Assembly (NCBI GenBank): GCA_001643675.2
Contig: LSRY02000005.1
Coordinates: 1,674,001 to 1,738,000 of the forward strand
Direction of reading: 5' to 3'
From: Monocercomonoides exilis PA203
Taxonomy: Eukaryota; Protista; Preaxostyla
Length of the DNA: 64,000 bases
How positions within the stretch are numbered: the stretch's first letter is position 1; every line of letters begins with the position of its first letter. Positions 33,000 to 48,123 of the stretch are shown here, piece after piece. Both the position numbers and the translations under genes were made by a program. Below the pieces are notes generated by a model. The model was not told the DNA's origin. It was given only the letters and a program-made list of their open reading frames with translations, and made no database searches.

Positions 33000-35900
33000 A
33001 TGGATGCTGCTGCATCTAGCCAGGATTCATCAACTCAGAATGCAATTCAAACGAACAATCAATGGATTATTGGAAGCATTTTCCATGTGGATGTCGAGAA
33101 GAAAGTTGGGTCTGGCTCTTTTGGAGAGATCTACAAAGGTAAAAATATTTTGAATGGCCTCGAAGTGGCAGTAAAAATCGAAAAGAAAGGAACATCTCTT
33201 CCTCAACTTCGACAAGAGGCTGCTTTGTATCGTTCTCTTTCATCAGCTGCTGGAATACCAAAAATATACTTTTGTGGAGAATATAAAAATTTTTATTGCA
33301 TGGTTATGGATTTGTTTGGACCAAGTCTAGACAAACTTTTTTCGATGTGCAATCATTATTTTTGTTTGAAAACTGTTGTAAATCTTGCTCATCAAATCCT
33401 AACACGATTGCAAACCCTTCATACAAGAAATTTTATACACAGAGACATAAAACCAGATAATTTTGTGATTGGTCGTGGCTCATCAGAATCAGTTATCTAT
33501 CTTATTGATCTTGGTCTTGCTCACAGATACAGAAACTCAAAAACAAAGAAACACATTCCTTTTAGAGAGCAAGTTGGAATCACTGGAACGCTCCGATATG
33601 TGAGTATTAACACTCATCGAGGCTTTGAGCAATCAAGAAGAGATGATCTGGAGTCATTAGGCTATTTACTTGTCTATTTCCTTAAAGGAGCGTTGCCTTG
33701 GCAAGGTCTTCGTACTGCCAATAAGAAAGAAAAGAGTGTTCGTGTTGGAGAGAAAAAGATAGAGACTCCTTTGGAAGAACTTTGCAAGAACGTTCCTTGG
33801 GAGTTTATGAGATTCATTCAATACGCAAGAGGTTTGAAAATTTTCATTTATTTCATTCTTTAAAAGAGTATTGCTTTCACATATAAATTCTCTTTATTTC
33901 ATTTTCCAATTAAACTTGATTTGATATTTATTTGGTTTTGTTTTTCAAACATATTCATTCCATTTCTTTATTTTTGCTTATTTTTTTTGACGTATCCATT
34001 CAGAATTACCATTCGATGCCAAGCCTGATTACGAGTATCTTCATTCCCTTTTTTCCTGCCTCGCTCTGAAAGAAGGGTTTGTCTGCGATGAAATCTTTGA
34101 ATGGAACGGAGGCGGCTGTTTGTCTGTCAACCCACCTCCTCTCATTGCCTCTTCCATTGACCCTTCTTCCTTCGCATCATCAACTTCTGCTTTTCTTTCC
34201 CACTCTTTTTCGTCTCCTCCAATCTTCCGCCTCTACTCTGCTGCCTCGCCAGCCTCCACCCCTCTCCCTCGCCTCTCCTCTTTTCCCCTGGAGCCTCAGA
34301 TTCGTGTGGAGCGCAATCGACATTTCCCTCTTCCAGAGTCAACTGTTCCTTCTTGGTTCTTCCGCCCGTATGTCCCCTCAGCCACTGAGCGATTGAGGAT
34401 GGCGCTGAGAGAAGCAGAGAGAGAGGAGAGGAGGAGACAGGCAGAAGAAGAGAGAGAGAACGAGAGGAAAAGGCTGCAGGCGTATCTGAGAGTGCATCCG
34501 GACTCACAGGCAGTGAAGGAGGCGCTGGAGAAGCTGAAGCAGAGGGCAGAGAGGAGAAGGATGAAGTGTGCATTCCAGGGAAGAGAAGGAGAAAGAAATA
34601 GAAAGGAAGAAGAGAAGGAAAGGGAGAAGGAGAAGGAGAGAGAAAGAGAAAGAGAAAAGGAAAGAGAAAGAAACACTCAAAAAGAGGAAGGGAAATCAGA
34701 CAAAAAAGCAGAAGAAGAGAAGATAAAGCCTCAAATCATTCAGCCGGTTGAACCAATGCCATATCTCGGCTTTCCTACGCTTGTGGGGGATGAGCATGTG
34801 ACAGTTGCATTGAAGCAGCCTTCTTCAAAATCATACGAAGCGGAACAGCGAGAGAAAGAAGAGGAAGAAGTGAGGAAAATGAAAGAAGAGAAGGAAGAGA
34901 AGGATGTGATGAATGTTGAAGAAGTTAATAAATTTTGTAATGAAAGAAAAATGAATCCAGAGATGAGTGAAAGAGCAATGCCGAAGTGCGAGCAGACTCA
35001 GCAAACATTCAGCGAAGGACAAAAAGACATCTCCACAGTCAATTGCGCTGTTGGATTTCCAAGTCAATCGACAGAAGAAGCCAAATGCAACCAGCTTCCT
35101 TCAGAAAATGCCTTCTCTCCCAAGCGAATGCATCACTCACAGCGACCAACCTGCCGCCTGTTGCTCCGCAGGCAGAGCCGATCACGTGCTCATTCGTCTT
35201 CTCCAACGTGCCATCGCTCCTGCAGGCACTCAACAACCTCTGCCACAAAAACAACAACTTTCCAAACTTCTTCTTCCTCTTCTTCTTTTTCCTCTTTTCC
35301 AACAAAATCATTCACCCAAAGGTGTTCTAACACAGCAACGCAAAGCATATACACTTCTCAAACACAAACAACTACTCAGACACAAGAAAGCAGCCTCAAC
35401 CACGATCCATCTCATTCTCCTTCACTTTCATCCACTTCATCAACTTCCTCTTCTTCTTCTTCTTCCTCCTCATCTTCCTCTTTCTCATTTTATAACCAAA
35501 CGCCTTTAAACCCCGCTGTTTCAGTTATCCACACCGATCACCCGCTCATCGAAGCCTCGTCTTTCCAGCAGCCTTTTCCTCCCCCTCTCCACCTCGTTGG
35601 CAATCCTAACACAACACACTTCACTCACCACAATCTCCATCTCTTTGCTGCCCATGATGCATTCACCAGCGACCCTTACTCTTTAAATCCTCGTGCTTCG
35701 CTGACAGAACGGTTCCGAATCCCTCTTGCTGCAACCATCGAAAGCAGATGCAGCAATAGCACCATGTTCACTCGTCCACTTGTTACTGGGCAGGGAATTG
35801 GTGCTGGAGAGCTCGAAGAAGAGGCGCTGCTGAGGAGAGAAGGGGAGCTGCAAGAGCGAGAGAGGATGAGGAGGATGATGGAGAGGAGAGAGAAAGAGAG

Positions 35901-38900
35901 AGAGAAGGAGCTGAAGAGGATTATGGAGATGGAGTATCGCTATTCGGTGTACAAACCGTTTGGAAGTGCTGCTTGCAGTCCAACTTCTCCGATGATAACA
36001 CAACACATCAAGAAAAACAGGCATTCACAAAAGATCAATTCGTATGATAGAAATGGCACATTCAACATGAGCACACTTTCATATACTCCGCCATCATGGC
36101 AGGAAAGCTCAATGATTATGTCACAGGGACTGTTGAGGAGGAGGGAGAGAGAAGAGGAAAGGATGCAAAAACTGAGGAGGATGTCATATTCTCCGATGAA
36201 GGCGAAGAGGAAGATGAAAGAGGCAGAGGAAAGAGGAAAGAAATCATCGAGCAGGAAAGAGAGAGGAGAAGAAAGAAGGTCAATTTTTGAAGGGCTGAAG
36301 ATGGATGTGGAGAGGGTGCAGCTGATGAAGCGATGGATTGAGTTGAATTCGCAGAGCACAGATTTTATTGTGGAAGGAGGAAGTATTGAGAGAGGAAGAG
36401 GAGAAGAAGAAGAGGAGGAGGATGATGATGACTTGGGAAATGAAGATAGTGAAAACAATAGTGTTAACAATAATGTAATCAATGCAAATAAACACAAAAT
36501 GAAAAGAATATCAAAAGATGTGTCAAGTGATCAAATGCTGCTTCTTTCCTCTAATCATTCCAGTAAAAGCGATGAAAATCAAACAATTTCAAAGTCAGCT
36601 ACTTCAGAAGCAAGAGAAGATTTTACCGACAATAAAGAAAAAAGGAAGACCAAAACGAAGAAGATGAAGTTTGCTTGGAAGAAGAACAAAAAGAATGGGT
36701 TAAAACTGACAAAAGAGTTAACAATACGTCCAATGACGATAAACTTGACTGAAGAAAAGGGAAAGCAGCAAAGCAAGATTTCTGCATTGAAAAGACTTTT
36801 TTCGTGGGGAAAGACTTCAAACAACACAATGTCAAAGAAAGGTTTCAAAGAAAAATTGATTGCAGAAAGGTTAGCTCAAAGAGAGTTGCAAAGAGCATTT
36901 GTAACAAAAGGAATACGAAATGGATCTTATCAACATGCTTCTTCCTCTTCATCTTCCTCCTCATCTACATCATCATCTTCTTCTTCTTCCTCTTCCTCTT
37001 CAGCATTCAATTCTGCCCAAGGAAACTATTCCTCTCTTGAAAATGACTTCAAACTTTCCAGAGGTGACAGAAGAAGAAGGAGGAGGAAGTTCACCTCCTT
37101 CGACAATTCAATTCTCACTGCTGATTCTGACTCGTATTCCACTGATCCTTCCATTCTAACAGAAAACGAGTCGCCGGAAACGATTTTGCGGACGCATCGG
37201 ATGGTCTGCGACCTTCAAGACCGCATTTCAAAGCCAGAAACGCAGAGGCTGTTTGACGATGTGGTGCTTGTTGATGTGCTGGAAGTGGCCAATGGGAAAG
37301 CGCAGGAAAAGAAGATGATGCAGAAGAAGAAGAAGTGGGAGAACCAAATTATGAATGGAGTGGAAGATCGGAGAAATAACCCAATTTGTATTTCTCCGAG
37401 CCAGTTGTATCCATCTTGTGATATCAAAGATAAATTCAAGAATTGGCAGTTGATGCAGTTGAAGAGGAGGCAGCAAGGAATAAGAGATTTTGTGGCTTCG
37501 AGAATGAATGTGGTTCGAACCGGAGAAATGAGCAGCATCAATCTTTCAGACGGAGAATTTGAGGAGGAATTTGACAAGTGGTTTGACAAGTACTACAAGG
37601 AAAAAAGCAAAAGGAACAAAAGGAACAGAAAAAGAGGACGACTGCCAAATATGTGGAGGAAAGAGGAAGGAGGAGAAGGAGAAGGAGAAAGCGCTTTGAA
37701 TGGATTGAGCTCAATGAAAGAGAAGAATTCTAATTCAGATGCAGAAAGTGAGTTTATGCTGTTTGAAGATGAAGCCAGTTTATATGAAAGCGTCGAATCT
37801 TTCGCACTTTTGATGGAAAAGAAGATGAAAATTGGCAAGTCGCGCTTGTCGATCGATTCTGAAGCAGAAAGCGAAACAAACGAAGGCAGTGAGAAAGGAA
37901 GAGGGAAGAAGGAGAAAAACAGAAAAATTGAAAAAGAAAAGATTTCTGATAAAAAGCAAAAATGTGATTCTTCTGTTGATTTTGGTGATATTAGTCATGA
38001 TTTATCAGAAGATCCGAATAAAAACATGTCCAAAGAACGCTATGCAGTTACAAGAGAACAAATAGAAGGCAAAGAAGAGGTTCAATGGATCAAAATAGAT
38101 GATAAAGATGGATGTGATCAAGTTGATTATCAAAAGAATCGTTTCAGCAAACGATTTTTTGGAAGAAAAAATGAAAAGAGGAGTAAAGACTTGCAATCAA
38201 CTTCAAACATTTCTGAACAAACCACAGAAAGTTCAGAATGTGGCATAGATAACAAAAAACAAAAACACAAATTTGAAGGGAAAAGGAAACACGATGAGTC
38301 GATTGATGATTTTGAGCTTTTACAAGATGACAGCATGTTCCACAAGGAATCAGAAGAAAGCAAAACGAAGAAGTCAGCCACAGAAAGAAGCTCCCAAAGA
38401 CACAGCAGCAAATCCCACTCATTCGAAAACGAAGGCAAAAAACACAAACTTCCTCATCATCATCATCTGCAGCAGCAACTGAATCAGAAGGAATCTAATG
38501 CACCATCTCAATCTACCAATCAACCCGCTCAGCTTCAAACAGATCCTTTCTCAATCAGCTCAACGCCAACCTTTTTAAATGCCACACCCACTCAGCCTTT
38601 GCTCATCCACACGGCATCACCTGACAGCAGCAACCAGCAGAACAGCCTCTCTGGAAACTCAAACATCCACTCCCGCACTCAAACTGCTCCTCTTCCTGTG
38701 TTCACAAACACAAAGCCAGCGGTTCTCAGTGCTTCGTGCACTCCAACCTCGCTTTCCACACCTTCTCCTTGTCTTCTGCCTCCGCTTTCGCACTCGACGC
38801 CTGTATATGGCACATCTCCTGCTTTCTTTGTGGGCTCCTCTGGTTCTTCTGCTTCTTCTGCCTCATCCACTTCTTCGAATGCTTTGTCCATTTCCAATTC

Positions 38901-41900
38901 ATTGGAGATTCCTGTGTATAAACTGATGAAGCAACAGCACCAACATCCTTTTGACCCATCCCCGTTCAATATGAACATGCTGAAAGATTTTACTTCTTCA
39001 TCGTCTTCATCATCATCTTCTTCTGTGATTTTTGCATCTGAACCTCCATTTTCTCACACAGCTCCTCCAAATGGAGTATTTTCGTCATCTTCTGTTCTTT
39101 CCTCGTGTGCCTTTTCGCTTTCTTCTTCAACTCCTCCGCCTCCTTCATTTCTGCAATCAACAACTTTGTCTTATTTCTATGCACATTCAGACAATTCTGC
39201 AAATGAAGCTATTTCTTTGCAGTTGGGAAAACAGAAAAGTGGCTCAATCAAAGAAGCAGATGAAGGAGAATACGGTTGTCACGAACAAAATGACAAGCAA
39301 TTGACATTAGCATCATCATCTTCTTCTTCTTCTCTTTCATCAGCCTCATCCAACACAGCAACTGCTTCTTCGAATGCTGTGTCTGGCTCCTTTGGACCTG
39401 CCATGCGCCGCACCTCCTCCATCGCTCTTTCTCCTGCCACAAACATTCTTTCTGCCTCGTCTGCCTCTCAAACACCCCCACTCGTCCACTCCACCTCCAC
39501 AAACTATCCTTCCTCTTTCTCTTCTCCACAGCAGCCTCAGTCTCATTCCCAGCCTCTTCAGACGTCTCAGAGCCCAACTGTCTCGCAGATGCATCCGATT
39601 TACGAACCAACTTCGTCCAGAACATCGCAAATCCTTTCTCCAATTCTCAATCCACTCGCTGCATCTTCGTTGGCATCGCTTCCCATCTCTTCTTATCAGT
39701 CCTCTTTTTCCTCCTCTCAAACGCCCATCCCTTCTCCTCTTTCTCCACAGATTGCTCAGTCCTTCACTCCTCCCACGCCTCGCATGAGCTACCAGCCTTC
39801 TCCAGGTGCAATGGCCACTTCTCTTTTAATGTCTCCTTACCCTTCCTCGTCTCCTTCCTCTTCTCCTCTTCCTTCTCCTTCCCCCACATTCTCCTATGCC
39901 TCTTCCCAATTTCCCTCACAAACCTCTTATCCAAACTCTTCTGCTTTGATTCCTGTTCAAAGCATTCCTTATCAACAGTCTCTGCAATGTGCTTCATTCA
40001 GTGATATTTCAACTTCTTTTTCTCCAACAATGAATATGCCAAATGGAGTGCTGATGCAACAAACTGACAAGCAAGCTGCTTCACAAGGATTTATCTTCCA
40101 AACTCTTATTCCTTCTTCTTATATTGTTCCTCCTTGTAAATCTCCCTTGTGCTCTTCTTCTTCTTCTTCTTCACCCTCCTCCTCATCTTCGTCATCATCA
40201 TCATCTTCTTCTTCTTTTTCAGCTCCATCTTCATCTGCTTTATCTCCTTCACAAGAAGCTGAAGCAACCATTAATTCTCTTCAATTGCAGCAAAGAGCAT
40301 CAGACAACCAACTGGATGATCAATTCGGTGGAAACCTCCAAAAAATCAAAATGAAGACGAAGAAATCCAAAAATAGCAGAAAATCGCAGCATAATCACAA
40401 TCACAGCCACAGCTACAGCCTCAGTCAAAATAACAATCATAGCCATAATCATAAGCATAAGCATGATCCTAATCAATATCGCAAGCAAAGCCAGAATCCG
40501 AAGCAAAAACATGCACATCGCAAAGCCAAGCGGCGCCGAGATACACGCGGCGTTTCAGGGCTTGTGAGCATATCGTTGATGCCTTATTGTCCTCCTTCTG
40601 ATATTTTGGGGGGAGGAGAGAGAAGAAAGAAGGAAAAGGAGAGGAGGAGGAGGGCTGAGCAGGACTGGTTAAAGGAAATGGAAGAAGCAATAGATGAGGA
40701 GATAAGTGAGTTGGAGGTGGGAAAGGAAGAGAAGATGGATAAAAAGAACAAGAAAAACAAAAAGGACAAAATGAATAAGACGAAGAAAACAAAGAAGAGA
40801 AACGACAAACGATACGATTTCGAAAACAAAGAGGAAGAGTTTGGCAGTTTGTGTTTGAGAAGGAAAGCGAATTATGTCGAGTCTGAAATGAAAGACAAGC
40901 CAGGCATTGTGAAAGCACAGCATCCGACTTCTGTTTCTGTTGATGCAGCATTCAAATGTGAATCTGAAGAAAGCAGAGGGGAAAGTTCTGAGGAAGATGA
41001 TGATGAAGATGAGGATAGAGACAGAGATAGAGATAGAGATGCAATTAAAGAAGAAGATAGAGAAAGTGAAAGAGATGAAATGAACAGACTGAATGGACTT
41101 CTTCTGCCTGTTGCGAAGGAGCCAATTGATTTCAGAGATGCCCGCGGAGCAGCAAGAGATGCGAGGCTCAGATATATGGAGACGATTGAAGAGAAAGCAG
41201 CATTCAAAGAAAGAGAATGGGAAAGGAATGATACAAAGGGGAAGATGAATTCAGGATCTGGTGCGAAAGTGAAAGAAGGTTATGTTCAACCAAAAGAAAG
41301 AAGGGAGAAAGAGAAGAAGAAACAAAATCATAGAGAAAGAAGTGAAGATGAATTGCCTTTGTTGCAAGAGCAACAGCTTCCTCAGAAGTATGTTCAGATT
41401 CAGATGCTTCAGTTTTACGGGATTGATCATACTCCGATTGAAGACTTAGACAAATCCAAAGGCAAACAAAGCAAAAATATGAGAAACTGGAACAAGAATG
41501 GCTCAATTATCGATGATGACGACGATGTTGTGATTGTCAGCTTTGATGATGATGACAATGATGAATTCAGTGAAGTTTTGGACTACAACCGAATCAGATT
41601 CAAAAAGTTGAATGAACTTGTGAAAGAGACAGAAAGAAATCTGAATGGAAGAGAGGATTTTGAAGCAGAAAATGAGTTGAAATTGAAAGGGGAAAGAAAA
41701 AAATGTGGACATTCGACTTTGCAACGTCAAGATAGAAGCAGCAAAAATGAAACTTCTACAGAAACAATGAATTATGATCAATATTTGCAAAATTCATTTG
41801 TTCCATCTTCAATTCCGTTGAGTTATGCCATTTCTCCTACTGTTTCTCACCTTGAGACAACGCAGAAAAAACAGACATTTTCGAAGAAAGCTACAAAAGA

Positions 41901-44900
41901 ACAAGAAAACAGTGTTATTTCACAGTGGCAGACAGCACATTTCACAAAAGACAAAACATCACAAATCGATTTTAGCAGAAATTCACCTCTCAATTTGCCT
42001 AACAATAACAAGAAATCTGATTCATTGCATCCTCATCCGTCGTCTTCTTCATCGTCGTCTTCATCTTCATCTTCATCTTCCAATTCTCATCGGACTCTGC
42101 CTGATCTCTCAAGATTTCCAGATGTTTACCGCTTTCATCTGTCTCCTCCGCCTTATTGTCATCACCTACCACTTCTTCCTGTGTTCTCTTCCACATCTTC
42201 TTCTGATCACTCATCAACAACAACCAAAGCAATAGCAATGTCAATAGGCAAGAACTGCTCAAAAAAGCTTGTCAAGTCTCGTTCTCATTCTATTTCTTAT
42301 TCGCATTCGCATTCTCATTCTCATTCCAACTCTCATTCAGAAACAAGTTCGAATGCAAATTCGTCACAAACCACAAATTCCTCAAAGAAAGGCTCAGCTT
42401 CTGTACAAACGCCAATTTCAGATTCACATTTGTCAGCTTCATCAGCTTCTGTCCCTTCCTCTTCATCATCTTCTTCTTCTTCGGCAAATGTTTCGTCTTA
42501 TATGCAAACAGAATCTACTGGCTTTACAACGTCTACTGCTTCATTGAATGTTGCTGGAAAGGAGATGTCATTGATTGCTCAGGTGAACGAAGAGGATTTG
42601 GTGGAGAAAGCAATGAAGGATATCCAAAATCGGAAAGAAGATAGAATCGCTGAAAGAACTTCGAAAGAAGCAAACCGAAGAGCAGAAGAAAGCAATTTAA
42701 TGAGTAAAGATAGCATTGCACAAAAAATGATTGATGAACGAAAGAACGTTGCAAAAGAAGGAGTGATGAAGAAGAGCAAAGAGAGAGAAACTGTTATTGA
42801 CGAAGAAGATGGAAAAAGTGGATTTGTGTGGAATCAGCTGGATAACACATTATTTGAAGATGAACCAAGAGATACGAAAGAAAACAGCAGAATTAGTGAA
42901 AAGAAAGGAATCTCATTGAAAAGAACTGTGACATGGAGAGAGAAAAGTGAGAAAAAGAAAGGCTTTGTTCGATTGAATGATAGTGAAGAAGAATATGGCA
43001 ATCTTTCTTTGATGGATGAAGGAGATGATAAATGCAAAGAACAGAGATGTGAAGCTGTTGATGAAAACAAAAATGTTAAAGAAAAAGTTGAAAGCGAAGT
43101 ATCCAAAAGAAATGATCATATTTCATTGCTTTCGTCGTCTTTAACACACAACAACGAACATCAATTTGCAGATTCGCTTTACAAAGCTCCTTCTCTTCTT
43201 CCAAATTCTGTTTCAATTCCATCTTCCAAGCACAATTTCATTAACAACAACAGAAGCACCCACTCTCCTTCTCAACTCTCTCCTTCCACTTCATCTTTTC
43301 CTTCTGATTTGTCTGATTATAAGCTTCCTCCCTCCATATCATCAAACACAATCCCTCCTTTTAATTATCCAAATCTCCTCTCTCAAACAACAGTTGATTT
43401 GCAGCAACCAATTTCTTCAAGCAATCCTATGCCTGTTAAAACAATAGCATCATCTTCTTCTCAACATTCTTCTCTGCCAATGAATTTGGTCTCTTCCGTT
43501 GCTCAAACTCAGCAGCTTTTGACTTCAGAGCCATCATTGGATTCTCCCTGTGCTTCTTTGACACCTGCTCCTTCTCCTCTGAAATCTGATGGCGCACCTG
43601 TATTCTCTCCTTCTGTGCTTTCTTCTTCTTATTCTTCTTCTCTATCTGAATGTATGTCATCTCCTTCCTCTGTCAATTCATCGGAGAAATTGGATATTTC
43701 TCCGTCTTTCACACCTCAGCAACAAAAGCCGCGTCTTTTGCACAGCTCAACACTTCAGCCAACTTCTCTTCATTCTCCTCATCATTTTACTGCACACTTC
43801 GATATGCTTAAACCAATTAGCAATGCTTCTGGATCCTTGCCTTCTTCTTCCAATCAGCAATCATCGTCTTCTTCTTCTTCTTCTTCTTCAATTCTATCGG
43901 AAACAGCAACTTCTCAAATATCTTCAATCAATCTTTCTTCTCCTTTGCTTTCTCCACCTCTCATCTGTAATACATCAACTTCATTGTCTATTGTTTCAAA
44001 TTCATCTTCTTCCTCGTCTTCATCTTCACCCTCTTCTTCTCCCTCCTTCGTCTCATCATCTTCAACAGCATCATCAATATCAGCATCAGCATCAGCTTCT
44101 TCTTATTCCACATCTCATCCGCCTTCCACCCCTGCGCTGACAAAAAATCCTACTTCCTCCACTCTTTCGTCTGCATGTTCTCTCGTATCTTCTTCTGGAG
44201 CCTCTTTCAATGTTCAGTCTTCTCCTTCAACTTCTCAGCCAATGAATGTGTTTTCTCCCTCGCAACGAAGCATTTTACTGGATAGTTCAAATAAAAAGTT
44301 AAACAGTACTCAGTTTGAAGAGGATATCAAAAGAAAAGAAGCATATAAAAATACATCAGAATTACTATTTCATCAAACTTTTCCTTCAAGTGCCTCGCCA
44401 ACAAACTCTTCCTCTTTGCCCTTCTCAGAGACTAACTCCACACTCACTGCTTTCTTCAACACTTTAATGTCGAATCAGAAAAAGGAGCCTTTAGTTGACT
44501 GTCACACAAATGTGATGTCTTCAAATGATTCTTTTGACAACAGAAAAGAAAACTTGATCAGAGGTGATAATAGAAAGAATAAAGCAATTGCAAACTTTAT
44601 TGTTTCTGCTGATGAAAATATGAATATCAATCATTCTCATGAAGCAAATGAAAAAGATTTGGAGGGTGAAATTGACATTTTTGCAAAAGTTGCGAAAAAA
44701 GGACAAAATGTGTGCAAAGTCAAAGAATGGATGGAGAATTCCAACAAAGAAGAAAGTTGCGAACAGTCTGATGATTCGGAAACTGTGATTGCGGTTGACG
44801 ATGAAGACGAAGATGCAGAGAGAGAAAGAGAAGGAGAAGATTGTGTTGGTGCAAAAATGAACGAATCTCTTTTGGGAGATAAACTGAGATTCTGGAATAT

Positions 44901-44943
44901 TTATGAGCGCTCTGATAGTTCCAAAGGGAATATGAAAAAATGA
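33000..44943 (+). CDS. CK1: Casein kinase 1 family kinase with ~3,600-aa low-complexity C-terminal tail (~3,923 aa); exons 33000-33831 and 34004-44943
   Basis: GSGSFGEIY, VAVKIE, HRDIKPDNF, IDLGLA, GTLRYVSINTHRGFEQSRRDDLESLGY, LPWQGL. Intron 33832-34003 (GT..CAG) restores YARELPFDAKPDYEYL..EIFEW, in frame with ORF 34120-44943. Confidence 0.92.
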
Positions 44944-45408
44944 AATTATGCATTTGAAACAGAAAGAAAAAAACAGAAAGATTCGAATTAGCTTCTTTAA
45001 CTTAGATTTTAAGTGTTTGAAAATTTTGTTGAGCAAAGTATGTGTGAAGTAACTCATAAGTGAATTAGAATGAAAAAACTTCACATTCTTTGAGAAATGA
45101 CATCAAACATATTTGAGTGAATGTCAGCGGAATTCAATCCTTATTTACATATAAATGATACAGTTTGTATATGATGGCTGTATTTATGTTGAGCTACAAC
45201 TCTCATTTTTGGTTATCGCTTCCACAATGATTGTGTGAAAGTGTGGAGATAATAACGACTTTATATTCTTTCGAAGCTAACATTAAAAGTTGGCCTGTCA
45301 TCTGAATTTGTTTTATTCATTTTCTTCGAGTTTTTATTTTTTTTTTCCCCTATATTTTACAAATTTTTGTTGAGATGGTTCTCTCTTCTAATGAAAGAGC
45401 TTTTGAAA

Positions 45409-45712
<304 letters not shown>

Positions 45713-46908
45713 TGATTTGTTGCTAAATCGAGTTATTTTGATTATAATTTATTTGATTGTCGTTGCTTGCATTTGTGCGTCATATTCTTCTGTCGATAAT
45801 TTTGTAATTGAATGTTTAATGCCATTTTCAATTTTTTACTGTTTTAAACCGTTTTTATTCAGTCTTTTCAAAGATCAGAATTTTTCCAAATTTCGATAAA
45901 CTTGTTTGCTCGCTTTTTTATTTTTATTGTTATTTCTTTTTCTTTTTCTTTTATTTTATTTTTTGGATATGTCTGGAATTAATTTTGAGTTTGCATTTGG
46001 ACAGTTTTTTTCTCTTTCTATTGTTTATGTGTCTTTTACTGAATTGACGGAATTCTTTGCATTTTTGGTCAATTGGTTATTTTATTGTTAGTTTTCTATC
46101 AAAAAGAAACAAATAAATATATTTTTCTAAATAATTTCATTTTTTGTATATTACCTTGTTTTTCGGTTGTTCATCCTTCACTTAGACTCTCATTGTTTAA
46201 TATTGTGTTATTCTTTATATACTTTGAAAGTGTTTCATTTTATCTTTCACCCTTTTTATTCCATTTTTTTGAACAAAAAGTCTTAACTTGAATAATAAAC
46301 TTTGCAATTTCAAAATAAGCGCATTCTTAAATCATAAATTCAAAAATATAATGATGATGTGCTTTTGAAGTTTGTTTGTATTCTCATGCTTCAAGACATT
46401 GAACTTTCACATTATCAGTATTTACAAGCATTAAAAAAAATGTCCACGCTTTTGGGAGATAGTTGTTGGAAAAAAGCAGGGTTTCATTTTTAATTTCATA
46501 ACTTCTCTTTAAAATTGATTCTGGTTTTGGGAGTAAAAAGATAATGCTCATTTAAAAGAAAAAGATTTCAATATTGTTTAACTGTGTTCATTTTCAACAA
46601 AATGAACAAAAAAATAAAAAAACACAGGTAAGCAAAATGCTGATTCGAAAAAAGTTTTATTTTCACAATAATCATCCGGAATGCTTCAAAGAAAACAGCC
46701 AATTATTCATTAAATAAAATGGAAGTAATTCAAAATCAGGAAAAAAAATCAGGAAAAACAATAAAAATTAAATTTTGCATTAAAAATTAATTTTAACAAT
46801 AAAAAATGCTAAACAATAAACTTCAAACAGATATGATGAAATTTTTAAGAATTCAATAATTTCATAAAAAAATGAAAACAAATTTTTAACAGTTTCATGT
46901 TCGAAAAC

Positions 46909-48123
46909 TCAAAAAGTTTTTTTCATCAGATCCTTCTTCCATTGCAAAGCAGCATCAAACTCTCTTCTTGAAATATATGTATCCCATTTCAGAATGTCGA
47001 GCACAAACAGCTCCGATTCATTCACAAACTTCAGCGGAATTCCAAATATCTGAGAAAAAACTTTATTTGTGAAGGGCTTGTCTGTCAATATCTTATGAAC
47101 AATAATAATGGCTACAATCAACGAAAGTGAGGAATTCGACTTGGTCAAGCAAAACAAAAGCTGGGGTCGCTTCAATTTATGAGGGGAAATCGAAGAAGAT
47201 GTTGTTGAAGTATCGCTTTCCTTTTCGTGTTCTTTTTCATTTTTCACTTCATAAGTTTTTTCGCTTCGAAATATTGTCCTCTCAAGTAAAATTAGTCCCA
47301 TCAAAAATTCTTCCTCTCTTATATGAAATCTGCTTTTCATAACATGCAAAATGTATTTTGTTGCTGTATATATTGAATCCTTCGCTTTCGTTTCTATGTC
47401 TCTAGTCGGATACCATTTCGAAAACATTTCCATTTCATTCTGAATATGATCTGAGCAGCCTTGTAATGACATCTCATTATGATTTGCTAAATTTGGAGTG
47501 CTTTTCAATTTTGAACCAATAAAGTTCAATGAGTCGGGGACTTTCGAAAAATGCAAATATTGTGTGAAGAATCCTGTACCAAAGGCTCTTAAATTTATTT
47601 TCGAATTGCTATCCTTTTCGCGCAGCAGAAAGTAAGAATTACAAAGTGTATACACAATAGAGTTTGCGTAATATTGCGAGAATGAATCTATAAAACTTTC
47701 TTCGCACTCAGCATTCGAAAAGATTGGCTGGATAATATGTTGAAAGTTGAAGTCGCAATCGTCATCGATAATCTTTTGTAGGAGTCGTTGATCAAGCTTC
47801 TCTGAAGTTAGATAAAGAAGAAACTCGATTTTTTTGGACTTTGAAATTTCTATTGTCGAATCTACTGATAAATTTTTGCCTTTCCTTTCAGAGTCGCAAT
47901 CATAAAAATTGAATAGATGTTCTTCAGTTAATGAATGCACGCAATTTTGATCAGCAAATTGATATGGTTTCTGAAATATTTCTCTATCTCCATCAGAGTG
48001 TTTATATTTTCCATCTAGAGTAATTTCAATTGGAAAACAACCCAAAGTTGGCAACTGCAATTTGTAAACATTGCAATGCTTTGCAAGCTCTGTTTCATTT
48101 GAATATATTCGATTCTGAATCAT
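46909..48123 (-). CDS. Cyclin-box protein (Pho80/PCL/U-type-like) with N-terminal extension
   Basis: EEEFLMGLILLER..LTKSN..LIVAIIIVHKILTDKPFTNKVFSQIFGIPLKFVNESELFVLDILKWDTYIS. First ATG at 48123. Confidence 0.8.
   Translation of the reverse strand: MIQNRIYSNETELAKHCNVYKLQLPTLGCFPIEITLDGKYKHSDGDREIFQKPYQFADQNCVHSLTEEHLFNFYDCDSERKGKNLSVDSTIEISKSKKIEFLLYLTSEKLDQRLLQKIIDDDCDFNFQHIIQPIFSNAECEESFIDSFSQYYANSIVYTLCNSYFLLREKDSNSKINLRAFGTGFFTQYLHFSKVPDSLNFIGSKLKSTPNLANHNEMSLQGCSDHIQNEMEMFSKWYPTRDIETKAKDSIYTATKYILHVMKSRFHIREEEFLMGLILLERTIFRSEKTYEVKNEKEHEKESDTSTTSSSISPHKLKRPQLLFCLTKSNSSLSLIVAIIIVHKILTDKPFTNKVFSQIFGIPLKFVNESELFVLDILKWDTYISRREFDAALQWKKDLMKKTF

Noticed and set aside
32997-33863. Stand-alone 288-aa CK1 ending GLKIFIYFIL
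   Set aside because: The ending is intron sequence; the conserved PDY..F.W segment lies in the next exon.
14230-44953. Dozens of short overlapping and antisense ORFs (poly-L/S/F/E/K/H)
   Set aside because: Shadow frames of TCT/TCA and GAA/AGA low-complexity coding DNA; no domain signal.
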